Assembly (NCBI GenBank): GCA_017413255.1
Contig: JAFPUC010000004.1
Span: 20,882 to 84,881 of the forward strand
Source: Aeriscardovia sp.
GTDB lineage: Bacteria; Actinomycetota; Actinomycetes; Actinomycetales; Bifidobacteriaceae
Reading direction: 5' to 3'
Length of the DNA stretch: 64,000 bases
Shown here: one piece after another, positions 56,300-64,000 of the stretch
Position numbering within the stretch: the stretch's first letter is position 1
Layout: the number at the start of each line of letters is the position of its first letter
The notes under the pieces: generated by a model
What the model saw: the letters and a program-made list of their open reading frames with translations, nothing else
Told to the model about the DNA's origin: nothing
Databases searched by the model: none
Program-made: the position numbers and the translations under genes

Positions 56300-56752
56300 T
56301 TATTTGGATTCTTCTACGCTTCCGCCGGCGGCTTTAATCTTTTCAGCAGCGGCGGCAGAAACCTTAACACCCTTTATAACAAAGGCTGCCGAAGCATCTC
56401 CTTGAGCCAAAATCTTTGGAACCTGTCCACGGCGCAAAATACCCGCCTTCTCCAGGCTCTCTTCGTTTATCTCTCCTCCCTTGGGGAAGAAGTTGGAGAG
56501 AGTGGAAAGGTTAATGGCCAGGTACTCCTTATGGAAGGGGCTTCTAAAGCCCCTCTTCTTAGGAAGACGCATATAGAGAGGAAGCGCTCCTCCCTCAAAT
56601 CCGGGCCTGACTTGATAACGAGCCTTGGTGCCTTTAGTGCCTCTGCCCGAAGTCTTGCCCTTGGAGCCTTCTCCCCTGCCCACTCGCTGAGGAGCTTTTT
56701 TTGCCCCGGCAGCCGGGTGCAGATCTCCTATCTGCAGGATTTTTTCTGTCAT
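56300..56752 (-). CDS. rplO: 50S ribosomal protein L15
   Basis: LHPAAGAKKAPQRVGRGEGSKGKTSGRGTKG. Confidence 0.95.
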   Translation of the reverse strand: MTEKILQIGDLHPAAGAKKAPQRVGRGEGSKGKTSGRGTKGTKARYQVRPGFEGGALPLYMRLPKKRGFRSPFHKEYLAINLSTLSNFFPKGGEINEESLEKAGILRRGQVPKILAQGDASAAFVIKGVKVSAAAAEKIKAAGGSVEESK

Positions 56753-56931
56753 TACTTTTCCTCCACGCGGACAAGATGGGCCACGGTCCTCACCATTCCG
56801 CGGTAGGCCGGGCTGTCTTCAACCTCTACGCTCTGGCCTATGCGGTGCAGGCCTAGAGAAAGCGCGGTGTCCTTCTGCCTTTTGGTGCATCCGGAAAAAC
56901 CTTTGATCAGCGTGACTTCGAGCTTCTTCAC
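56752..56931 (-). CDS. rpmD: 50S ribosomal protein L30
   Basis: Below the ORF-track cutoff. The GTG start overlaps the rpsE stop (GTGA). My translation is (M)[58 protein letters not shown]. The stop overlaps the rplO ATG (TAATG). Confidence 0.85.
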   Translation of the reverse strand: MKKLEVTLIKGFSGCTKRQKDTALSLGLHRIGQSVEVEDSPAYRGMVRTVAHLVRVEEK

Positions 56932-57623
56932 TCGGCGTCACCCCCTCTGTACTCAGAGCTTTCCTTCTTAGCCGCATCTTTTTCATCCTGCAGGGCGTGC
57001 AAGATGGTGGCAGGAGCTACCTCGCGAAGGGTAAGGCCCCTGCGGTTGGCTATCTCAATAGGCTCTTCTAGCTGCTCTAGGGCGTTGATGGTGGCCCTGA
57101 CAGTGTTTATAGGATTGGAAGATCCCATTGACTTGGTCAGGATGTCGGAAATGCCTGCGCACTCAAGGACGGCTCGAACAGAACCGCCGGCAATAACGCC
57201 GGTTCCGGGAGCTGCGGGCTTAAGAAGGACCTTCCCTGCCGAATCATGCCCGATGACGGGTTCGGGAATGCTTCCGCGAAGCCTGCACACGCTTATCATG
57301 TTCTTCTTCGCTTCGCTCTCGGCTTTGGCGATAGCCGCAGGAACTTCATGGCTCTTTCCGGTGCCGGCCCCTACAGCTCCTTTTCCGTCTCCAACCACTA
57401 CCAATGCGGCAAAGCTCATAGTCCTTCCGCCCTTGTGGGTTTTGGAAACGCGGTTTATGGAAACCACCCTGCTCATGAGCTCGTCTTTTGCCTCAGAGCG
57501 TTCCCTACGGGCGCTCCTGCGCTTGCGGCGCCGGCCCGCATCCTTGCGGTCCTGAACCTCTTCTTCAGGGGCAGCGGAAGTGGAGGAAGTCTCTTCAGTC
57601 TCTTCCTTTGCTTCTTCTGTCAT
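56928..57623 (-). CDS. rpsE: 30S ribosomal protein S5 (with an N-terminal charged extension)
   Basis: [39 protein letters not shown], preceded by ~55 aa of a Glu/Arg-rich extension. Confidence 0.95.
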   Translation of the reverse strand: MTEEAKEETEETSSTSAAPEEEVQDRKDAGRRRKRRSARRERSEAKDELMSRVVSINRVSKTHKGGRTMSFAALVVVGDGKGAVGAGTGKSHEVPAAIAKAESEAKKNMISVCRLRGSIPEPVIGHDSAGKVLLKPAAPGTGVIAGGSVRAVLECAGISDILTKSMGSSNPINTVRATINALEQLEEPIEIANRRGLTLREVAPATILHALQDEKDAAKKESSEYRGGDAE

Positions 57624-57991
57624 ATTTTCAGTCCTCCTTCGCGGGCTCCGTCTGCAAGCGCCGCTACGCGGCCGTGGTACTTATATCCGTTGCGATCGAA
57701 AACAGCGTCACAGATTCCAGCTTCCTTAGCCTTCTGAGCAAGAAGAAGCCCAACCTTTTTAGCTGCTTCAACCTTGCTGCCTTCAAAATCCTTGAAGGGA
57801 GCCTGAAGGGTAGAGGCGCTCACCACAGTCACCCCATGCACGTCATCTACCATCTGGGCCACGATGTTGCGGTTGGAGCGCGTTACCACCAGACGCGGTT
57901 TTTCGGGAGTTCCCGAAACTTTCTTCCTGATGCTTAAATGCCTGCGGCGGCGGGCCGCCAAAGTGCCCTTGCCAAAAACTTTGACCGACAT
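57620..57991 (-). CDS. rplR: 50S ribosomal protein L18
   Basis: [37 protein letters not shown]. Confidence 0.95.
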   Translation of the reverse strand: MSVKVFGKGTLAARRRRHLSIRKKVSGTPEKPRLVVTRSNRNIVAQMVDDVHGVTVVSASTLQAPFKDFEGSKVEAAKKVGLLLAQKAKEAGICDAVFDRNGYKYHGRVAALADGAREGGLKI

Positions 57992-58533
57992 TACTTTCCA
58001 GCCTTTCCGGCCTTGCGGCGAACGTGCTCGCCGGCGTATCTAATACCCTTGCCCTTATAAGGCTCAGGGGGGCGGAGCATGCGGATCTGAGCCGCGACCT
58101 CTCCAACCTGCTGCTTGTTTATGCCGCTCACCGTCAAATGCGTAGCATCAGCTACGGTGAAGGTAATGCCTTCGGGAGCCTTGACGGGAATGTCATGAGA
58201 GTAACCCAGGGCAAAATTGAGATCGGGTCCCTTGGCGGTGACCCTGTAGCCGGTGCCTACTATTTCAAGCTTCTTATCAAATCCAGAGCTGACGCCCTGA
58301 ACGATGGAAGCTACCAGAGCCCTGGCCAGGCCGTGGCGGGCAGATGAGCCCTTTGCGCCCGAGCCGGTAGGAATGACTTCGATGGATCCCTCGGACTGTT
58401 TAATCTCAATTCCGTCCGGGATGATGCATTCCTGAACACCTTTAGGTCCCTTGGCGGTGACCTTGTTTCCCTCAACCGTGACCTCTACGTTCTTGGGGAG
58501 GGCGATCGGGAGTCTACCTATATGCGATGCCAT
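57991..58533 (-). CDS. rplF: 50S ribosomal protein L6
   Basis: [32 protein letters not shown]. Confidence 0.95.
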   Translation of the reverse strand: MASHIGRLPIALPKNVEVTVEGNKVTAKGPKGVQECIIPDGIEIKQSEGSIEVIPTGSGAKGSSARHGLARALVASIVQGVSSGFDKKLEIVGTGYRVTAKGPDLNFALGYSHDIPVKAPEGITFTVADATHLTVSGINKQQVGEVAAQIRMLRPPEPYKGKGIRYAGEHVRRKAGKAGK

Positions 58534-58542
58534 TTTGCCCCC

Positions 58543-58941
58543 TCACCACACGTAGGCGACAACTTCGCCGCCTATTCCCTGCCTGCGGCACTCTCTTTGG
58601 GTCATGAGGCCGGAACTGGTCGAGATTATTGCTATTCCCAGGCCGCCCAGAGGCTTGGGGAGTTTGTCGCTCTTAGCGTACTTCCTAAGCCCGGGCTTGG
58701 AAACGCGCTTGATTCCCCTTATGCTGCTCTCTCCGGCGGAGGTGTACTTAAGGCTGAGGACGAGGGTTTTAGAAATCCCCTCCCCTTCCACAGTTATAGA
58801 AGCTATGTAGCCTTCCTTCTTCAAAATCTCAGCTATGGCTTCCTTGAACTTGGAATAGGGAATCGCCACCTGTTCATGCTTCACGGCGCAGGCGTTGCGA
58901 ATCCTGGTCAGCATGTCTGCGATTGGATCTGTCATTGTCAT
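58543..58941 (-). CDS. rpsH: 30S ribosomal protein S8
   Basis: [17 protein letters not shown]. Confidence 0.95.
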   Translation of the reverse strand: MTMTDPIADMLTRIRNACAVKHEQVAIPYSKFKEAIAEILKKEGYIASITVEGEGISKTLVLSLKYTSAGESSIRGIKRVSKPGLRKYAKSDKLPKPLGGLGIAIISTSSGLMTQRECRRQGIGGEVVAYVW

Positions 58942-59000
58942 AAAATTAAAACTTTCTCGTTGTGGTTTCTATTTTCATAGACCTTCAATGGTTTTGGGAT

Positions 59001-59186
59001 CTACCAGCTGGATTTCATAACTCCGGGGAGTTGACCCTCGTGAGCCTTATTTCTGAAGCAGATCCTGCACAGTCCAAACTCGCGATAGACTGCATGAGGC
59101 CTGCCGCAAATCTGGCAGCGCGTATAGGCCTGGACGGGAAACTTAGGCTTCCTATTGGCCTTAGCTATAAGAGATTTTTTCGCCAA
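59001..59186 (-). CDS. rpsN: 30S ribosomal protein S14, type Z (zinc-binding, 61 aa)
   Basis: [16 protein letters not shown]...[22 protein letters not shown] (CxxC...CxxC). Confidence 0.95.
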   Translation of the reverse strand: MAKKSLIAKANRKPKFPVQAYTRCQICGRPHAVYREFGLCRICFRNKAHEGQLPGVMKSSW

Positions 59187-59188
59187 TT

Positions 59189-59764
59189 CTATTCCTCCTT
59201 GAAAGGAAAGCCCAGGCGTCTGAACATAAAGCGGGCCTCTTCGTCAGTTTTGGCGGAAGTAACTATCGCTATGTCCATTCCCCTGCGGTGATCGATATTG
59301 TCTGGATCGATCTCATGGAACATAGACTGTTCCGTGAGGCCAAAGTTGTAATTGCCCCTGCCGTCAAACTGCTTGGGGCTCAGTCCGCGAAAATCACGGA
59401 TTCTGGGAATGGCCAGGGTGATGAGGCGGTCCAAAAATTCCCACATCATATCTTTGCGCAAAGTTACAAAGGCGCCTATGGTCTGACCTTTGCGCAGGTG
59501 GAACTGAGCGACGGACTTTCTTGCCTTGGAGATGGCAGGCTTTTGGCCGGTTATGAGGGTAAGGTCGGAAATTGCCCCTTCTATGAGTTTGGAGTCCCTT
59601 GCAGCCTCGCCTAGAGCCATGGTTACTACTACCTTCTCGATGGAAGGTATCTGCATGGGGTTCTCGTACTTGAACTCACCCTTCAGAGCCGGGACTACTT
59701 CGTCTTTGTATTCCCGGTACAATCTAGGCCGAGCGAACAATTCGGCAGAGTCCACTTCACTCAT
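59189..59764 (-). CDS. rplE: 50S ribosomal protein L5
   Basis: [20 protein letters not shown]...[20 protein letters not shown]. Confidence 0.95.
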   Translation of the reverse strand: MSEVDSAELFARPRLYREYKDEVVPALKGEFKYENPMQIPSIEKVVVTMALGEAARDSKLIEGAISDLTLITGQKPAISKARKSVAQFHLRKGQTIGAFVTLRKDMMWEFLDRLITLAIPRIRDFRGLSPKQFDGRGNYNFGLTEQSMFHEIDPDNIDHRRGMDIAIVTSAKTDEEARFMFRRLGFPFKEE

Positions 59765-60099
59765 ACCTTGATCTCCTTACCTGATTTCTTGCTAATGCGG
59801 GTGCGAGTGGTCTTAACCTTTCCGCCCCTCACTTCGCGCTTTATCGACACCCCCACCCTGGTGGGTTTGCCGGTTTCGGGATCGACCAGCATTACGTTGG
59901 ACCTGTCGATGCTGGCTTCCATCGACACAATCCCGGCCTCCTGGCCTTCTTCTTGGGCGCGCTTGTGCTTCTTGACTATCTGCACGCCTTCGACCACAAG
60001 CCTTCCGTTGGGAAGGACTTTCAGGATTTTGCCCTGTTTGCCGCGATCCTTGCCATAAATGACCTTTACCAGATCTCCGCTCCTGAGCTTGGCTACCAA
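59761..60099 (-). CDS. rplX: 50S ribosomal protein L24
   Basis: [24 protein letters not shown] (KOW motif). Confidence 0.95.
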   Translation of the reverse strand: MVAKLRSGDLVKVIYGKDRGKQGKILKVLPNGRLVVEGVQIVKKHKRAQEEGQEAGIVSMEASIDRSNVMLVDPETGKPTRVGVSIKREVRGGKVKTTRTRISKKSGKEIKV

Positions 60100-60468
60100 C
60101 TAGATCACCTCCGGAGCCAAAGAAACTATCTTCATGAATTTGCGTTCACGCAGCTCGCGGCCTACAGGCCCAAAAATACGCGTTCCCTTGGGCTCACTGC
60201 CATTGCCCAAAATCACTGCGGCATTTTCGTCGAAGCGGATGTAAGATCCGTCGCGGCGGCGCGTTTCCTTATCGCATCTGACTACGACGGCCTTTACCAC
60301 GTCGCCTTTTTTCACGGCTCCGCCCGGTATGGCGTCTTTTACAGTGGCTACTATCACGTCGCCCAGGCCCGCATAGCGGCGCTTTGAACCTCCGAGAACT
60401 CGGATGGTCAAAATCTCCTTGGCACCCGTGTTGTCAGCCACACGCAGACGTGACTCTTGTTGAATCAT
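60100..60468 (-). CDS. rplN: 50S ribosomal protein L14
   Basis: [28 protein letters not shown]. Confidence 0.95.
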   Translation of the reverse strand: MIQQESRLRVADNTGAKEILTIRVLGGSKRRYAGLGDVIVATVKDAIPGGAVKKGDVVKAVVVRCDKETRRRDGSYIRFDENAAVILGNGSEPKGTRIFGPVGRELRERKFMKIVSLAPEVI

Positions 60469-60490
60469 TAATTCTCCTTTAGTTGAAACA

Positions 60491-60763
60491 CTACTTGGTG
60501 CGTTCCACTATTTTGACCAAACGCCATCTTTTGGTTTTGGACAGGGGGCGAGTCTCCATGATTACCACAAGATCCCCCTTGCGGGCCTCGTTTTCGGGAT
60601 TATGAGCCTTAACCTTGCTGGTAGAGCGTACAACCTTCCCATAGAGGGGGTGGGCGCTCTTATGCTCGAGGGCCACAGTGATGGTCTTGTCCATGGAGTC
60701 GGAAACTACGTACCCCCTGCGGACCTTGCGCCCGTTACGCTCTTTGCTTTCCACTTTGCTCAT
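60491..60763 (-). CDS. rpsQ: 30S ribosomal protein S17
   Basis: [34 protein letters not shown]. Confidence 0.95.
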   Translation of the reverse strand: MSKVESKERNGRKVRRGYVVSDSMDKTITVALEHKSAHPLYGKVVRSTSKVKAHNPENEARKGDLVVIMETRPLSKTKRWRLVKIVERTK

Positions 60764-61071
60764 GCTTTCTCCGCATCCTTGGCGCCTTTAGACGCCTCAG
60801 AAGTTGCCTTCTTCTTCTTCTTGCCCTTGTCCGTTTCCTTGGGGGCGGGCTCTTCTATAATCCCCAGCTCTCTCTCTCTCAAGAGGGTGTTCATGCGGGC
60901 GATGCCTTTGTGCAGCTTCTTCACCCTGGAGGGGTTAGAAAGGCTTCCGGTAACGCTCTGGAATCTCAGATTGAAGAGCTCTTCCTTAGCTTTCTTAATG
61001 CCATCTTCAAGTTCCTTGCTGGGCTTTGCCTGCAGGGAAGAGATGGAAAATTCCTGAGTTTTCGCAGCCAT
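60760..61071 (-). CDS. rpmC: 50S ribosomal protein L29 (with a Lys-rich C-terminal extension)
   Basis: [47 protein letters not shown], followed by a ~35-aa tail, ...[26 protein letters not shown]. Confidence 0.9.
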   Translation of the reverse strand: MAAKTQEFSISSLQAKPSKELEDGIKKAKEELFNLRFQSVTGSLSNPSRVKKLHKGIARMNTLLRERELGIIEEPAPKETDKGKKKKKATSEASKGAKDAEKA

Positions 61072-61487
61072 TAAGCTTCTCCCTCACGACTGACTATACG
61101 GCACTTCATAGGTAGTTTATCAATAGCCCGCCTCAGGGACTCCCTGGCTGCCGCCTCAGGGACGCCCCCTATCTCGAAGAGAATCCTGCCCGGCTTGATA
61201 TTGGCAATCCAAAACTCCGGGCTTCCCTTTCCAGATCCCATTCGGGACTCTGCCGGGTGCTTGGTAAGGGGTCGATCCGGGAAGACATCGATCCAAACCC
61301 TGCCGCCGCGCTTGATGTAGCGGTTGATTGCAATACGGGCTGCCTCGATTTGACGATTGGTCATGTAAGCCGGAGCCATGGCCTTTATGCCAAATTCTCC
61401 GAAGGTAAGCTCGTTGCCGCCCTTCGACATGCCGCTCCTGCCGGGGCGGTGCTGCTTGCGGTACTTTACTCTCTTTGGAATCAGCAC
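61071..61487 (-). CDS. rplP: 50S ribosomal protein L16
   Basis: [19 protein letters not shown]. Confidence 0.95.
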   Translation of the reverse strand: MLIPKRVKYRKQHRPGRSGMSKGGNELTFGEFGIKAMAPAYMTNRQIEAARIAINRYIKRGGRVWIDVFPDRPLTKHPAESRMGSGKGSPEFWIANIKPGRILFEIGGVPEAAARESLRRAIDKLPMKCRIVSREGEA

Positions 61488-61491
61488 GTTC

Positions 61492-62310
61492 CTACTCCTT
61501 TACTTCCTCTGCTCCGGTAGGGGTGGGCTCCTGGGCTATGAGTTCGTCAGCGGGAATCTTGGGAGCTTGGGCTGCAGGATCTGAGGTCCTGGGTCGGCGG
61601 GGCGGCCTTCTTCCGTCGCGCTTCACCCTTCCGCTCCTGGCAGATTGAAGCTGCTTTGCATCGAACTGGGCTTCGGTCATGTCGCCCTTGTAAATCCATA
61701 CTTTGACGCCAATCTGGCCGTAGGTGGTGCGAGCCTCAAAGAAGCCGTAATCTATGAGGGCCCTGAGGGTCTGAAGAGGAACCCTGCCTTCCCTGTAGAA
61801 CTCGGAGCGGCTCATATCGGCCCCTCCCAGGCGTCCCGAGAGCTTAATTCGAATGCCGTCTGCTCCCGCAGCCACGGCGTCTCTCTGTGCCTTTCTCATG
61901 GCGCGGCGGAACATTACCCTGTTTACGAGCTGTTCGGCTATGGACTGGGCCACCAGTTGGGCGTCAATGGCGGGATTCTTCGCTTCAAATATATTGAGCT
62001 GTATCTGCTTTCCTGTCAGCTTTTCCAGTTCGGCTCTTATTTGATCTGCTACTGTTCCCTTGCGGCCGATCACAAGGCCCGGGCGGGCCGTGTAAATGTC
62101 TACCCTGACCCTTTCTTTGGTGTGCTCGATGATTATCTTGGACACCCCGGCCCTCTGCAGGCGTTCGGAAGCGATGCGGCGGATTTTGTCGTCTTCGCCT
62201 ACAAAGTCCCTGTACCTTTCGCCCTTAACGTTGGAAGCGGAGAACCAGTGGCTCCTATAATATTCCGTTATTCCGAGGCGAAAGCCGAGCGGATTAATCT
62301 TTTGACCCAT
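61492..62310 (-). CDS. rpsC: 30S ribosomal protein S3 (with a C-terminal extension)
   Basis: [23 protein letters not shown], a KH domain, and a ~50-aa Arg/Pro-rich tail. Confidence 0.95.
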   Translation of the reverse strand: MGQKINPLGFRLGITEYYRSHWFSASNVKGERYRDFVGEDDKIRRIASERLQRAGVSKIIIEHTKERVRVDIYTARPGLVIGRKGTVADQIRAELEKLTGKQIQLNIFEAKNPAIDAQLVAQSIAEQLVNRVMFRRAMRKAQRDAVAAGADGIRIKLSGRLGGADMSRSEFYREGRVPLQTLRALIDYGFFEARTTYGQIGVKVWIYKGDMTEAQFDAKQLQSARSGRVKRDGRRPPRRPRTSDPAAQAPKIPADELIAQEPTPTGAEEVKE

Positions 62311-62678
62311 TAACGAACCCCTTCTTCCGAAGAAACCACTACGGTGATCTGGCAGGTACGCTTTAGGATCGCACCAGCCCTGCCCTGGGCGCGGGCGCGG
62401 AAGCGCTTCATGGTCGCTCCTTCGTCCACCATAATTGTTTTCACAACTAAATTATTCTCGTGGAAAGTCTGGTTAGACTTCTCGGCGAGAAAATGAGCGT
62501 TGGCGATGGCTGATTCCACCACCTTGCGCACGGGCTTGGCTGCAGTCTGCGGCGCAAACTGCAGGACTACTCTTGCATCCTGCACGTTCTTGCCGCGGAT
62601 AAGATCTACCATTCTGCGGGCTTTGCGGGGGGTGACGCGCACGCGCCTTGCAATCGCTCTAGCTTCTAAATTACCCAT
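62310..62678 (-). CDS. rplV: 50S ribosomal protein L22
   Basis: [27 protein letters not shown]. Confidence 0.95.
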   Translation of the reverse strand: MGNLEARAIARRVRVTPRKARRMVDLIRGKNVQDARVVLQFAPQTAAKPVRKVVESAIANAHFLAEKSNQTFHENNLVVKTIMVDEGATMKRFRARAQGRAGAILKRTCQITVVVSSEEGVR

Positions 62679-62680
62679 AT

Positions 62681-62962
62681 TTAACGCCGTGCTTTCTTAT
62701 CGTCTTTTACGTGACCGTGGAAAGTGCGGGTCGGAGCAAATTCGCCGAGCTTGTGACCCACCATGGCCTCAGTTACGTACACAGGCACATGGCGCCTGCC
62801 GTCGTGTACCGCAAAAGTTAAACCTATAAAATCGGGGGTAATCATAGAACGGCGCGACCAAGTCTTGATGACGGTCTTGTTTCCATTGGCGAGCTGCTCG
62901 TCTACCTTCTTTTGTAGGCAAGCATCTACAAAAGGTCCCTTTTTAATGCTTCTACTGCTCAT
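62681..62962 (-). CDS. rpsS: 30S ribosomal protein S19
   Basis: [13 protein letters not shown]...[17 protein letters not shown]. Confidence 0.95.
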   Translation of the reverse strand: MSSRSIKKGPFVDACLQKKVDEQLANGNKTVIKTWSRRSMITPDFIGLTFAVHDGRRHVPVYVTEAMVGHKLGEFAPTRTFHGHVKDDKKARR

Positions 62963-62971
62963 TCGATTTCC

Positions 62972-63802
62972 CTACTTGCGATTCTTACCAGACGGACGGC
63001 GGCGCACGATGAGCCTGCTGGAAGCCTTCTTCGGCCTTCTGGTGCGCACCTCTCCCTTGCCCCACGGGCTGCGCGGATTCTTTCCGCCGCGCGTACGTCC
63101 GCCATGGGGGTGATCTACGGCGTTCATAGATTCGCCACGCACGATTGGCCTGTGGCCCATCCAGCGGGCGCGGCCCGCCTTTCCGAGCTCAATGTTGGAA
63201 TGCTCGGAATTTCCAACTTCTCCAATGGTGGCCCTGCAGGCAGCCAGAACGTTTCTAACTTCCCCGCTGGGCATTCTGAGCTGGGCGTATTTGCCATCCT
63301 TTGCCACCAGCTGCACCGAGGCTCCGGCGGATCTGGCGATCTTTGCCCCTCCAAGGGGTCGAAGCTCTATGGAGTGGATTATGGTGCCGGTGGGGATGTT
63401 GGCGAGAGGCAGGTTGTTTCCGGGCTTGATATCAGCCTTGGGTCCCGTCTCGATAAGGTCTCCCACCTTTATGCCCTTGGGTGCAAGGATGTAGCGCTTG
63501 TCCCCATCGGCAAATACAACAAGGGCGATGCGGGCGCAGCGGTTGGGGTCGTACTCTATCTCCCTGATATGGCCCGGAACTCCATCCTTGTCCCACCTGC
63601 GGAAGTCTATAATCCTGTACTGCCTTTTTACTCTTCCTCCGCGGTGACGGGAAGTGATTCGGCCGTAGTTATTCCTTCCGCCCGTAGAGTGGAGGGGACG
63701 AACGAGGGAAGGTTCAGGCGTGCGGCGGGTAAGATCTGAAAAATCTTCCACCGAAGCATTGCGCCTTCCCGCGCTTGTTGCTTTATAAATGCGGATAGCC
63801 AT
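62972..63802 (-). CDS. rplB: 50S ribosomal protein L2
   Basis: [14 protein letters not shown]...[15 protein letters not shown]...[15 protein letters not shown]. Confidence 0.95.
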   Translation of the reverse strand: MAIRIYKATSAGRRNASVEDFSDLTRRTPEPSLVRPLHSTGGRNNYGRITSRHRGGRVKRQYRIIDFRRWDKDGVPGHIREIEYDPNRCARIALVVFADGDKRYILAPKGIKVGDLIETGPKADIKPGNNLPLANIPTGTIIHSIELRPLGGAKIARSAGASVQLVAKDGKYAQLRMPSGEVRNVLAACRATIGEVGNSEHSNIELGKAGRARWMGHRPIVRGESMNAVDHPHGGRTRGGKNPRSPWGKGEVRTRRPKKASSRLIVRRRPSGKNRK

Positions 63803-63829
63803 AATTTATCAATCCTTTTTCTCGGCTAC

Positions 63830-64000
63830 CTAGTTACCGTTAGTAAATATATCAAGTTGCTGATCGGGAGCGAGGGTGACGATTGCCCTCTTTTCGCTGG
63901 TCCTCTTGCCGAAGGTCCTGTTAGGCAGGCGCCTGACTTTGCCCATGCGGTGGAGGGTATTTACCGATACCACCTTCACATCGAACAGCTTCTCTATAGC
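63830..64000 (-). CDS. rplW: 50S ribosomal protein L23 (5' end beyond the window end)
   Basis: Open at the window edge, so absent from the ORF track. My translation is ...AIEKLFDVKVVSVNTLHRMGKVRRLPNRTFGKRTSEKRAIVTLAPDQQLDIFTNGN, ending at the stop 63832-63830. Confidence 0.85.
   Translation of the reverse strand, partial: AIEKLFDVKVVSVNTLHRMGKVRRLPNRTFGKRTSEKRAIVTLAPDQQLDIFTNGN

Noticed and set aside
1-64000. Scan for CRISPR-like regularly spaced direct repeats, IS terminal repeats with transposase, toxin-antitoxin pairs, retron or DGR reverse transcriptases, and rRNA genes.
   Set aside because: I recognised none by eye. The intergenic regions are short, except 15622-16371 (explained by the TetR pseudogene) and 48015-48206 (AT-rich promoter region). 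A by-eye scan cannot exclude small or degenerate elements.

Overview
This 64-kb window is densely packed, mostly minus-strand housekeeping DNA. It looks like a moderate-GC (about 50 %) member of the Actinomycetota. The evidence for that is DUF3043- and DUF4191-type membrane proteins, a tRNA-Tyr/Thr/Met-rpmG cluster, an AdnAB-type helicase-nuclease pair and a 7Fe ferredoxin next to murB. Many neighbouring genes overlap by ATGA, TAATG or 8 nt, so long stretches are probably co-transcribed.

Gene order, left to right:
- prs (partial), nadD, an unknown coupled ORF, nadK, tlyA and two low-complexity proteins.
- pheT and pheS, then a TrmH-family methyltransferase.
- A YkoEDC-like ECF importer: a fused ATPase-ATPase-T protein plus two tandem S-component paralogs.
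- An M20 dipeptidase and a DUF3043 protein.
- A decayed TetR pseudogene divergent from a DHA2 MFS pump, then DUF4191, then a second DHA2 pump with an intact TetR.
- mrp and ligA.
- An upper mevalonate operon (thiolase, HMG-CoA reductase, HMG-CoA synthase).
- An 870-aa orphan coupled to def.
- An SDR and an aldehyde dehydrogenase, then pepN and rnj.
- An AT-shifted helicase-nuclease gene pair, a DUF2974 hydrolase, a small membrane protein and a Ser-rich anchored protein.
- tRNA-Ser, fdxA, murB and rpmG.
- tRNA-Met/Thr/Tyr, a second tRNA-Ser and truA.
- The alpha/spc/S10 ribosomal superoperon, from rplQ to a partial rplW.

Four short genes missing from the ORF track were found by hand translation: prs (open at the window edge), rpmG, rpmJ and rpmD. 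I saw no CRISPR array, transposase, integrase or prophage genes.

I did not find a clear-cut novel system. The best leads are:
- the compositionally odd 7.2-kb helicase-nuclease module, bracketed by a 10-bp inverted repeat;
- the 870-aa domain-less protein coupled to def;
- the fused and duplicated ECF module;
- the frameshifted TetR next to a paralogous efflux pump;
- two adjacent tRNAs with C at the normally invariant U55 position.

All functional calls rest on motifs read by eye. No database search was run.
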